In this document: piece by piece, positions 52,291 to 64,000 of the stretch
How the letters are laid out: every line of letters starts with the position of its first letter
Position numbering within the stretch: position 1 is the first letter of the stretch
From: Eledone cirrhosa
Lineage: Eukaryota
NCBI GenBank assembly: GCA_964016885.1
Contig: OZ024740.1
Span: forward strand, 268,584,001-268,648,000
Length of the DNA stretch: 64,000 nucleotides
Reading direction: 5' to 3'
Notes under the pieces: generated by a model
Databases searched by the model: none
Seen by the model: the letters and a program-made list of their open reading frames with translations, nothing else
What the model was told of the DNA's origin: nothing
Translations under genes and position numbers: made by a program

Positions 52291-52635
52291 ATTTCATCAC
52301 CTCCGTTAAATTCATCACCCCGGTGATTTTAGTGTGGCACTATCACGCTGTAGACGAACATAAATAAACAAGCAAACAAATAGGTACCCCCCCCAAAAAA
52401 AAAAGAAGAATAAGCATAAGTTTCATTGTAATAGTTTGAATGTCTGACTTAGTTTTTTTTTTTTTTCCTTCTCTGTCTGTTTGTTCTTCTTTTCTTTTTT
52501 CTTTTCTTTACGTTTTTCGTTGCTGCTGTTTTGATTTTGATTTTTGTTTTTTTGATTTTTTGACCGGGTCATCAAATCAGTCTATTTATATCTTTTGATG
52601 CCTTCCTCTTTTAATGGGGACACTACGATGCATGT

Positions 52636-52930
52636 TTTAGCAGGAGGTAGTGGGAGAAAATAGCGGCGGTAGCGATAATGAGGTGGTGGTGGTGCTGTGC
52701 TAGTAGTACTTAGCAGGAGGTAGTGGGAGAGAATAGCGGCGGTAGCGATAATGAGGCAGTGGTGGTGGTGGTGCTGTGCTAGTAGTACTTAGCAGGAGGT
52801 AGTGGGAGAGAATAGCGGCGGTAGCGATAATGAGGCAGTGGTGGTGGTGGTGCTGTGCTAGTAGTATTTAGCAGGAGGTAGTGGGAGAGAATAGCGGCGG
52901 TAGCGATAATGAGGCAGTGGTGGTGGTGAT
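52636..52930. repeat. ~79-bp minisatellite (about 3.7 units)
   Basis: Repeats of TTAGCAGGAGGTAGTGGGAGAGAATAGCGGCGGTAGCGATAATGAGG... Confidence 0.9.
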
Positions 52931-53309
52931 GTGATCGTAGTACTGTAGTGATGGTGTTGAAGTTGAAGTAGAAATAGAAGTTGAGGTAATTTGACTAGAG
53001 TTTTTGGCGTGGAAGTGGTGATGGTAGCGGTGGTGGTGTTTGTGGTGAAATTATTTGCCTGTCTGTCCACTGAGCCATTTTGACATTTTTCTCTTTTTCG
53101 ACTATAACATTTCTGATCCAAAATTAAATATTAAATATTGGGGCCCTATGCCGTAATGTGATGCGTTGTGGCTTGCTGAGCATAAAAAAACTGTAATCTT
53201 ATACTTCATTTGTAATCTATCACAGTTGTTTTAATTAGTAAAAATCAAAAGCTTACGGGAGCGATTCCATAACGATATATCCACCATGTGCGTTTTCCTC
53301 TTCGGCGAA

Positions 53310-54042
53310 TCCCTAATTAACTTTTTCAAGTATCACTTGAAGAGGAAAATCAGGGTGGAGAGGCAAGTGCTGCCTCCTAGCAAGTTTGTTGAAAGGTGGG
53401 TGAATGTAGCGAGAATGGTCCGAGTGAACGGGACCGCTCTGAATATACGTCTGTAGTTTGAGAGATGGAAAAATTGAGAGAGGGCGCTTGCCCTGGTGGT
53501 CAGGGTGACCGTGGTCTTTTGTTTGGTTTTCGCCACGCGTAACACTCGGAGGTTTCCCCCCTATTGGGGAATTTTTCATTGTTTCAATTTTCATTTTTAT
53601 TGTTTATATATATGTTTCTATGTCCTTTTTTTTTCTTTTCTTATATAAATAATACAAATATTTACACGCACAAAACCCACATCGTACCGTCCTGTACGGT
53701 GCTGTGCTGTCTGTAATGTTTTTCTTGATGTCAGCCCTTGTGGCCAATAAAGAAATCATTATTATTATTATTATTATCTGAGTATATATCTGTAAATTAA
53801 AGGTGGAAAACTGGGAGAGGGCACTTGCCTTGGTGGCCTTTTACTGTGGCCTTTTACTGGGCTTTCTCCACAAATGTCCCTCCGAAGTCTCCCCCCATTT
53901 GGGGAATTTTTCATTGTTATTTTTTTGTTACATCCTCTGTTTTTGTTTTTTACACGCAGAAATGCCCATTTGTACCGTCCTGTATTGTCCTGCACTGTCC
54001 TTAATGTCTACTTTATGTAAACCCTTGTGGTTAATAAAGAAA

Positions 54043-54108
<66 letters not shown>
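53310..54108 (+). mobile_element. Two stacked Tx1-like 3' ends, each with a (TTA)n tail
   Basis: 53310-53760 matches the ORF2 end plus UTR; 53778-54045 is nearly identical to 48414-48680. Confidence 0.82.
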
Positions 54109-54111
<3 letters not shown>

Positions 54112-54559
54112 TACATTTACTTTATCTTTACAGGAATCAATGGCACTGATGGTAAGAATATATAGACTTATTTATATAATCGATAATGACAAATATAATG
54201 GCGTAGTAATTCATTTTAATATAAAGTTTACTTTCTAATATTAAATTTAATTATGAGTTTACTTCGTGAAAAGGCAAAGAAAACAGCGCAAGTTTATATT
54301 TTAACTGAAAAGAATATGAACTATGAATTGTATTAGTCTTCTAATTTGAGCTTATGCACATAAGAGATTGCTTCCAAATATGTAATAACCTTTGTATGGA
54401 AAACAATGTGTTAGGTCCAGTAAATCTCTATAAAGTAACAATAAACTTTTGCAGATGTTCTAAATTGAAATCAATTGAGATATAGCCTTCGGCTGTTTAT
54501 TTGATTATATTTACACTCTCAGTATTTATTGTAGACTGGTATTGCTCCTCGGCGTTCCA

Positions 54560-55690
54560 ATTCGTGGAGCCAGTAAATGCAACAACGACGAGAGTGAAAA
54601 TCTTGGAAGACGGAACACATAGTATTGAAGGGTTCTGATAAGTAACCATTCCTGCTAACTGCGCATTGAAGTGATCCAGCACCTGAAAACAAAACCGGCT
54701 TCCTTAAGGACCTCCATTAGATAGTGATGGTTCACCCCATCGAAGGGTTTCGCGTGATCTATGTAAATCAGGGTCCCACCGAGCCAGGTTCCTTAGCTAC
54801 CCTTTATATAACGTATCGCATAAGGTGGAGGTTGTCGTGGATGGATCTATTCAGAAGACGTGTATCTGCGCACCTCCTACCAGACTAACTATGACAAATG
54901 ACAGCCTCGTTAATAACAATTATGGGGCTAAAAATATCAATATGCCACACCCCACCCTTCTTCAGATCCTTTCTTAGAATTGGGAATTGTCTCGTTCTGC
55001 TGCCAGTTGTGGTAGATGTTTACTAAGAGGTCACCGATCATGTGTGTCACGTAAACGTAAAGTTAGCAAGGCAGACAATCCAAACCAAGCGATGTAACCC
55101 TCGTGCAGCTAGTCACATCCTGTATTTCAGCGGTTGTTATCGGCATTTCGCTATACTAAGCCCCTTTTTACCGACCCAGCACTGATCCAAAATGTTAATG
55201 AAAAATCGCACACATCCTACATGGATGGAGTAACATGCGCGTACCGTAGTATGCTAAAACCTGATTGTGGCTTTGTTACCTTCGCTAATCGGGCCCATTG
55301 AAACGCTTTCACACCTTTGTGTTTCAGAACACACGCCCTAGCTCTGACGACGCAACATCCATGTTTTGCGTTAAAATGTTAGTCGGGGGCCAATCTTGCC
55401 ACACGTACATCTACATAGGGGATGTCTACATCGAATTATGAGAAATGACCCACAAAATAGGGTATCACATATCTTCAGACCAATAAGTCTGCTAAACGTA
55501 GAGTTTAATATTTTGGCTAAGGTGTTATCAAAGCGCTTAAAGCTTGTCGTTCGTCAACGGTCGGGTTGGAGAGGCACAGACATTTACCTTATAAAGCAGA
55601 CTCATCAACGCCAGCCTCCAGCTTATATGATATATCATAGAGAGGGTAACTAAACAATCTGGCAGGGGTAGGGTCTTGATCAACATGAAT
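54560..55690. mobile_element. Scrambled old Tx1-like RT fragments on both strands
   Basis: Minus strand 'GFVFRCWITSM...NGYLSEPF'; plus strand 'FRPISLLNVEFNILAKVLSKRL'. Confidence 0.65.
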
Positions 55691-55771
55691 AATATGGTTT
55701 AAGGGAGATATGGTTACTACTTTTTGAGCTACCAAATTGAGGTTCCCTCATTGGCTCTTGCCTAGAGTAAG

Positions 55772-56152
55772 TATGTAATTGTCAACGTAGAAGACGCTAC
55801 TTTTTTCCTAAAATGAGTCTCAAAAATCTACCATGCATCCTGAAGGCCGTTTATTATTTTTTTTATTGGCAGTATCGGTAGAGAATTGGACACCATGCTT
55901 TGAAGCATAGAGTTACGTCCCTTTATGATCTGAATTCAAATCCCACCGAGGTTAATTTTGCCTTTCATCCTTACGGGGTCGATAAAATAAAGTAGCAGTA
56001 ATGTACTGGGTAATTGTTGGCCTTGTGCCTAAAATAGAAACAATTATATTTTTTCAAAAATCTACCATGCATCCTGAAGGTTGTTTATTATTTTTTTTTC
56101 AAATTTTGGTTGTCAAAATTAGGGTGCGTCTTCGGCGCCGGGAAATACGGTA
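55772..56152. mobile_element. Degenerate Tc1/mariner-type MITE interrupted by a SINE (55866-56046)
   Basis: Right end GGGTGCGTCTTCGGCGCCGGGAAATACGGTA and a weaker left counterpart ...AAGACGCTACTTTTTTCC; the SINE is flanked by a ~45-bp direct repeat. Confidence 0.45.
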
Positions 56153-58917
56153 TTAGCCCATTCTTGATAAACTTCAATAGATACAACCCGCAATTGCACA
56201 TCACCTAAATCTTTCCATGCATCAAAAATATACATCTATTGTTGATATTGTTGCTGAGGAAAAGAGACGAAGACGAAATAAACTATTCTGCCATGAAAGG
56301 TATATTAGTACATCTCGAACCAATGGCTGCTGCTTAAACATTTAAAAGACAGGTTTAGTTGGCCTCCTATAAAATTGCATTTCTCGGTAGTTTTATTAGG
56401 AGGCCTAATTCTATCATCGGAGGCAATGTAAAATGAATCCTGTTACATAAAAGCATAATGTACTCTTCGTCCTGGAATCGAGATCACGACCTTAGTCGTT
56501 AATCTAAACTGGGTCACGTGTTTTCAAATTAAGCATGTGCGCTAATATTTTATTATCTTTTCTTCTGGAACTATGTATCTTGGATAGAATTCTTTTAAAA
56601 TTAACTTTTTATAATACTATAGTATAATGTAGCTTGAGGTGACATTTGGCTATTATTTCTAGCATGTAGAGCAAACATGTAGGGATTCTTTTAAGGGTTC
56701 GTGCTAAATTTAGTTTTTATGGGATGTGACGTTCAGGATTTCACTGCAAAACAAAAAAAGAGGAAAATAAATAGTAAATAGTATCCATAAAATCTAAATG
56801 ACAAGAGTTTTATTGCCTTCAGAAAAGTAACGGAAAAAGTTTTAGAAGGTAACTAATTTTTTAATAAGAGAAGGTAACTCATTTTTTAATAAGAGTAGGT
56901 GTTGTACAGCATATTTGAGAAGTTGGATAGTACAATTTATAGATACCAATTAGAACAAAAAATATTTTCTGATATTAACTTATGCAACATTTAATAGTAT
57001 ACGGTTTTAAGCATAGAAAAGTTAAATACATTGTTCAAGATATATTACAGTAAAATATTAAGATCAAGCCATATTAGTTAATTTATGATAATATTTACTA
57101 TAAAAGTATTTGGAAATTATATGAAATAAATAAACTCGTACACACATTCACACATTCACTCTGACGTCTATTAATTAGTATAAAAGGTATTATGTTATAA
57201 AATCTCACATTTTCGTTAAATCGCTTAGCTAATTGTCCTAAAGTTTCAGCTATTTTTATAGAGCTATTAAGACATTTTTATTTCTGTTATTAATTTAATA
57301 TTTTGAGTACAATATTTGCCATCTTAAAGATGTGCAGAAATATTTTAAAAGAAAATTATTTTGTGTCTCCTTAGACATAAACAGAATTTCATAGTTAGTT
57401 TAATTAAAGATGCAGTAAATTCAAACGTAAGACAAATATCGTAGAAAAAAGTTGTTGATGGAAACAAAATTAAGAATTACAATAAATATATTAACTGTTT
57501 TTGAATGTAAAATATATTTCCTCTAATGTTTATGTCATTTAAAAAAAACAAAAAAACATTTTTAGTCCTGGAAATGACACGAATCATTTAATTAAACTAA
57601 ATATTGCAAAAGTATTTCAAATAACACATTTTGAGGGACAGATATCATTAAATTATTTTACTTCCATGCAACATCTTATGTGAATTGTATTCGAACACCG
57701 TCAAACACAATTCATATAAGACATTCGAACTACAAGCAAACGAAATTAACTACACTGCACAATCGATCATTACAGTTAAGAGTTGTGTTAATGTATCTTA
57801 CTTATTTACACTTAGGTGAACTGAATTTTTGGAGCCATATGTTTTCCAACAAACGGCTTTTAGACAAAATATGCCATATTCAATTATTCTCGGCCATCAA
57901 TCAGCATTGAATTATACTATCTACTGGACGAGATGGTCGAGGAAAAGAAAGGGAATAAAAATTTGATCATATATCTTGCAAACACGAAATTCGAAGTAAC
58001 TTCACCGTCATGGAACAGTTAATTGATTCCTTCATTAGACAACATGTGAACTAGAGGTTAAAAAATTAGGAAATATATAGACGGTTTTAACATCTCCAAA
58101 GCGACGGAAGTGAAAGTTAACGGGGATATTGAAGCACAAAATGTAGTTTAACAAAAGTAAATACTGTTGGGCATTTTCGTCTAGTGTTATAAAATACTTT
58201 CAATCCCCTGCATTTAATTATAAAAATATTCACAACAGAATACTATTAAAGAAACTCAAATGATAAACATTAGTAATGTAGATATATTTTATTTATTTTT
58301 GAAAAATATTGATGTCTTTTGAAATGATTATATATTTTAGAGAAATGGTAAATTGAAGTTGTAATATTCATCCTTTTCAATGAGCATTGAATTGATAAAA
58401 TAAAATAAAATTTCCTGATACACCAAAAGCTTAACTTCTGATTGCTTTATAGACAGCATCAAATTCTGAATATATCATTTTTGATATTTCTTTTTCATTT
58501 ACAAAGTATACGCTTAAAGACACATTGGAAATCTCTGTAAAATCCTACGTTCGCTCTCTAACGAGCTCTCATAACAGACGCCGTTTTTGGGGAAAAGAAA
58601 TCGAACTCTTGCGCCTCAAATTAAAAAGGACAAATCATGAATACAAAAATGACCCATCCACGAAACTTTATTCACAAATTGAATGAAGCATTATGATTAC
58701 TATCAGACAGAAAAATTTGAATTCCCCACTTAATATTCTTAGATTTATAAAAATATATGGTTTATTGATTCACAATATACCAAGATTCGGACTGCACAGA
58801 TAGACAGATATTCAGCAAGCATCTGTTTTTTTTTCTTTTCAGCAGTTAACTGGATATAATAAAAGAATGACAAATTAAAAAGTATGAAACTGTTGTTTCA
58901 GATTCTCCTTAACATAA

Positions 58918-58952
<35 letters not shown>

Positions 58953-59054
58953 TGCACACGCAATCATACACACACATATATAACACATATATTCCTGTAT
59001 ATATGTAAAGATGTATATGCGTCCTACATTTCAATATCCTATTTCCTAATATAT

Positions 59055-59131
<77 letters not shown>

Positions 59132-59132
<1 letters not shown>

Positions 59133-59565
59133 GTATAAAAGAGAAAACACAGGTAAGCATTAAGAGAAGGATTTAATCCAGGTATTTACGACCGTTTCAT
59201 TGGTAAGTGCAACCTTGTATTGCTATACTGCAAATAGCAGCCACTCAATTATAATTGTTGTTCACAGTCCAAATTTTCAAACTATTTTGAAAATTTGGAC
59301 TGTGAACAACAATTATAATTGAGTGGCTGCTATTTGCAGTATACCAATATAAGGTTGCACTTACCAATGAAACGGTCGTAAATACCTGGATTAAATCTTT
59401 CTCTTAATGCTTACCTGTGTTTTCTCTTTTATACTTTATACTCCAAGATTGAACGGAATTCTTACAAACTTGTGGAGTTACCCCTAACCGTACGTTGAAA
59501 CCATCCATGAAACTGGCTTTCTTAACCACGAACTGGATCACAAAAAAAAATGTTCTGCTTCCCTA

Positions 59566-59570
<5 letters not shown>
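59132..59570. mobile_element. Fold-back insertion (~150-bp arms plus ~135-nt tail) with hammerhead 3' half
   Basis: Near-perfect hairpin 59132-59436 containing GAAACGGTCGTA; TA flanks. Confidence 0.78.
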
Positions 59571-59640
<70 letters not shown>

Positions 59641-59642
<2 letters not shown>

Positions 59643-59741
59643 AACAAGTAAGACCCCGACGGCTGAGCTCAAGCCGTTTCAACGTTTCGAGTACTTTGGT
59701 GCGTTATGGTCCACCTGGTTCCTTACCACATTTCCTTCGTT
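59641..59741. mobile_element. Mini inverted insertion of the 13105-15470 PLE family
   Basis: Inverted GGAACAAGTAAGACCCCGACGG...GTTTC joined to the family 3' tail. Confidence 0.8.
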
Positions 59742-59762
59742 ATATATATATATATATTTCAG

Positions 59763-59870
59763 ATATCGCAAAAGCACAAGCCATTGCAACGGGAGATGGT
59801 CTCAAGCAGTATATACAAATGAAACGCGATGCACCTGCGCGAAGTCTACATACATCTAGTGTGGATGACG
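59763..59870 (+). other. Candidate 108-nt internal coding exon
   Basis: TTTCAG acceptor, ACG|GTGAGT donor, open phase 1-1 frame (IAKAQAIATGDGLKQYIQMKRDAPARSLHTSSVDD); no homology recognised. Confidence 0.3.
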
Positions 59871-60879
59871 GTGAGTTTTGACTTCATAGATAAATTTACA
59901 TTTTTCAATTGTCCTTTTCAATTCTAAACAAAAGAAGCACCCTGATAGATACTTGTAATGAAGCGAACCATGCATTTCAAGCTACCCACTTAAATCTTTT
60001 AAAAAGACAGCATTTAGAGTCAAAGCCCTATTGGCATATCGATTAAGCATGGTCTATCTATAGTTATCAACTGTTATTTTAGTTATCTGTATTTTGGCGA
60101 GTATATTTTCAAATATCATATTCCTAATGCTTCGTAAGTCAACCAATATATACATATGCATACGCGTGTGTGTGTGTGTGTGTGAACGTAAAATATATAT
60201 ACACTCACACCCGTATACTTGCATAGATGCAAGTATACATGTAAATGTGTATGGGCGCTTAATTATCAATCTACATTTCAATATGTTAATATGTCTATAT
60301 AACAACAGCATAGGTCCGACGAGATTTCGATCGAACTTTGAGCTGATCAATATCTAAACGCGTGTCACCAATCAATAAACGTATGAGGGATTAACAAATC
60401 GTCCTTGTATTATTATTACTATAAAAAATCCCCATCCTTTGGGTGGTTTTCTGCTAGCATGTGTAGTGTGCTTATTGATATTATAAGCAAATATATATGC
60501 ATGTAGATATGATATGTCAAATGAAATCGTAATTGACAATAAGCACAGGCATTGAACGAAGTCTGTGTTACACTCTCTTCTGTAATCAGTAAAGTAATCC
60601 ATGATACATTAAAAAAAAGACAATATTATATATAAACTGCATATATAATAAACTAACATATTATGAAAACAAAAATGTAGAAAATTAGTGACCTAAATAT
60701 AAACCTTATATAACGATGCAAATATATGAACGTTTATATAAACGATGTAATATTGACATTAGAAAATTTTAAAGTCAATCCTAAAATAAGCAATACTTTA
60801 TATATAAGAATATTCATGTTTAATCAAGAGCTACGAATTTTAGTACATAAATTACATAATATCCATTCATTATTTATTC

Positions 60880-61067
60880 CGGTGGATTGGCAGTATCGGT
60901 AGAGGGTCGGACGCCATGCTTTCCAGCATAGTTACGTCCCTTTACGATCTGAGTTCAAATCCCGCCGAGGTTGACTTTGCCTTTCATCCTTACGGGGTCG
61001 ATAAAATAAAGTACCAGTAATGTACTGGGTAATTTCTGGCCTTGTGCCAATAGTAGAAACAATTATT
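60880..61067 (+). mobile_element. tRNA-derived SINE (major family), young-looking copy
   Basis: Nearly identical to 27902-28082. Confidence 0.85.
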
Positions 61068-61560
61068 TATTCAGTAATCCAACTTATTTTACTAACGGGA
61101 TAAACAATTATAAAACGGACGCTGTCCCACACTCCTCCCTTAATTATATTATAGATTTATTATAATTACACATACACACACACACATATATATATATATA
61201 TGTTTGTGTGCGCGTGGGATGTTTGTATCTCATTAGACCTTTATTAGAAGACGTGTATATCATCTAATCAACCTCAAGGAAACATGTATTTCGTGGATAT
61301 ATATATATATATATACCCATTTGCTTTTAGTATTAAATGAACGTACTAATTTGCAAATGATTAGCGCTCATTTTGGTAATTAATTAAGCTATGTAGTAAG
61401 AAATGCGCTAGCAGTCAAAGTGTATTATAACATTTTATCTGTATGATTACAGAATGTGTAACCGAGACAGCACCAACTTGTATACATATGTACACATATC
61501 TAATATGCAGGCATGCAAACGTGCTAGAAAATACGAATTTCTCTGTAAATTGAAAATTGC

Positions 61561-61610
<50 letters not shown>

Positions 61611-61614
<4 letters not shown>

Positions 61615-64000
61615 CAAATAACGAAACGAAATTAAATTTCGTTTCGTTTGTAACTCACTTTTGTATGACTGACGCTTAAACAATTAAGTTAAAAATGTAC
61701 ATCTACATATGCATACTGAAATACTAGTATGCATATGAATACACACACGTATACATATGTAGATGTACCAAGTCTTTCACTGGTTACTTTACTGTGAGTA
61801 ATCCAGCTATTCTGTATGTAAACACACAGACAAACCGGTTTTTAGAGTCATACTGGTTTTCGAGGAAACACCTTTCCTCTATTCTCCAGAAAGCCAGACA
61901 AGGAATATTGAACTAGTTTCGTTGTTGTTACAACTCATCAGCAATATTTACCTATCTACCGGCCTTTCTGGAGAATCGTAAAAGCACATATCGTTATATG
62001 CTTTTTCTATGAAAATTAGTAGTGGGCAGACTAATTTGCATAGAGTGTGAGTACGTACCGGTTCAACGGAGACGTTAAAAACAAATAACGAAACGAAATT
62101 AAATTTCGTTTCGTTTGTAACTCACTTTTGTATGACTGACGCTTAAACAATTAAGTTAAAAATGTACATCTACATATGCATACTGAAATACTAGTATGCA
62201 TATGAATACACACACGTATACATATGTAGATGTACCAAGTCTTTCACTGGTTACTTTACTGTGAGTAATCCAGCTATTCTGTATGTAAACACACAGACAA
62301 ACCGGTTTTTAGAGTCATACTGGTTTTCGAGGAAACACCTTTCCTCTATTCTCCAGAAAGCCAGACAAGGAATATTGAACTAGTTTCGTTGTTGTTACAA
62401 CTCATCAGCAATATTTACCTATCTACCGGCCTTTCTGGAGAATCGTAAAAGCACATATCGTTATATGCTTTTTCTATGAAAATTAGTAGTGGGCAGACTA
62501 ATTTGCATAGAGTGTGAGTACGTACCGGTTCAACGGAGACGTTAAAAACAAATAACGAAACGAAATTAAATTTCGTTTCGTTTGTAACTCACTTTTGTAT
62601 GACTGACGCTTAAACAATTAAGTTAAAAATGTACATCTACATATGCATACTGAAATACTAGTATGCATATGAATACACACACGTATACATATGTAGATGT
62701 ACCAAGTCTTTCACTGGTTACTTTACTGTGAGTAATCCAGCTATTCTGTATGTAAACACACAGACAAACCGGTTTTTAGAGTCATACTGGTTTTCGAGGA
62801 AACACCTTTCCTCTATTCTCCAGAAAGCCAGACAAGGAATATTGAACTAGTTTCGTTGTTGTTACAACTCATCAGCAATATTTACCTATCTACCGGCCTT
62901 TCTGGAGAATCGTAAAAGCACATATCGTTATATGCTTTTTCTATGAAAATTAGTAGTGGGCAGACTAATTTGCATAGAGTGTGAGTACGTACCGGTTCAA
63001 CGGAGACGTTAAAAACAAATAACGAAACGAAATTAAATTTCGTTTCGTTTGTAACTCACTTTTGTATGACTGACGCTTAAACAATTAAGTTAAAAATGTA
63101 CATCTACATATGCATACTGAAATACTAGTATGCATATGAATACACACACGTATACATATGTAGATGTACCAAGTCTTTCACTGGTTACTTTACTGTGAGT
63201 AATCCAGCTATTCTGTATGTAAACACACAGACAAACCGGTTTTTAGAGTCATACTGGTTTTCGAGGAAACACCTTTCCTCTATTCTCCAGAAAGCCAGAC
63301 AAGGAATATTGAACTAGTTTCGTTGTTGTTACAACTCATCAGCAATATTTACCTATCTACCGGCCTTTCTGGAGAATCGTAAAAGCACATATCGTTATAT
63401 GCTTTTTCTATGAAAATTAGTAGTGGGCAGACTAATTTGCATAGAGTGTGAGTACGTACCGGTTCAACGGAGACGTTAAAAACAAATAACGAAACGAAAT
63501 TAAATTTCGTTTCGTTTGTAACTCACTTTTGTATGACTGACGCTTAAACAATTAAGTTAAAAATGTACATCTACATATGCATACTGAAATACTAGTATGC
63601 ATATGAATACACACACGTATACATATGTAGATGTACCAAGTCTTTCACTGGTTACTTTACTGTGAGTAATCCAGCTATTCTGTATGTAAACACACAGACA
63701 AACCGGTTTTTAGAGTCATACTGGTTTTCGAGGAAACACCTTTCCTCTATTCTCCAGAAAGCCAGACAAGGAATATTGAACTAGTTTCGTTGTTGTTACA
63801 ACTCATCAGCAATATTTACCTATCTACCGGCCTTTCTGGAGAATCGTAAAAGCACATATCGTTATATGCTTTTTCTATGAAAATTAGTAGTGGGCAGACT
63901 AATTTGCATAGAGTGTGAGTACGTACCGGTTCAACGGAGACGTTAAAAACAAATAACGAAACGAAATTAAATTTCGTTTCGTTTGTAACTCACTTTTGTA
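61611..64000 (-). mobile_element. 467-bp tandem array (more than 5.1 units, open at window end), retrozyme-like
   Basis: Landmark ACAAATAACG at 61614, 62081, 62548, 63015, 63482 and 63949; no differences seen between units; starts directly after (TA)n; one hammerhead per unit on the minus strand. Confidence 0.9.
61904..61948 (-). ncRNA. Minimal type I hammerhead ribozyme motif (repeated at 62371, 62838, 63305, 63772)
   Basis: AATATTG-CTGATGA-GTTGT AACA ACAAC-GAAA-CTAG-TT-CAATATT; 7-bp stem I, 5-bp stem II, palindromic stem III ACTAGT, predicted GUU cleavage between 61911 and 61910. Confidence 0.88.

Noticed and set aside
52200-52300. HDV-like ribozyme at the 5' end of the Dong-like element
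   Set aside because: A TCCTCG loop-like motif and possible P2/P4 pairings exist, but P1, P3 and P1.1 could not be built by eye.
54497-54682. Possible host exon after a TTTTGTTTTCAG acceptor on the minus strand
   Set aside because: Other frames give GFVFRCWITSM / NGYLSEPF, i.e. a decayed Tx1 RT segment.

Overview
AT-rich eukaryotic (metazoan) DNA, dense in microsatellites and retroelements. The SINE types and long (TA)n/(CA)n tracts suggest a coleoid cephalopod such as Octopus (inference). No host gene can be confidently called; there is one weak exon candidate at 59763-59870. Coding content comes from non-LTR retroelements: a nearly intact 5'-truncated Tx1/L1-clade LINE (1432-4843) plus fragments, a near full-length but disrupted R4/Dong-like RLE LINE (48742-52290), three Penelope-like elements with Naiad-type RT/GIY-YIG features, and a CRE-like fragment. 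There are also many tRNA-derived SINEs, two copies of an internally deleted RTE derivative, and Helitron-type non-autonomous elements. The main unexplained signal is about 20 short non-coding fold-back insertions in (TA)n tracts, many carrying minimal type I hammerhead ribozyme motifs, some with non-canonical cores. Two tandem arrays belong to this group. One is a homogeneous 467-bp array (61611 to window end) with one canonical-core hammerhead per unit, i.e. a retrozyme-like candidate circRNA producer. The other is a ~545-bp array with an unusually reduced type III-like hammerhead. All structures were read by eye; ribozyme activity and expression are untested.
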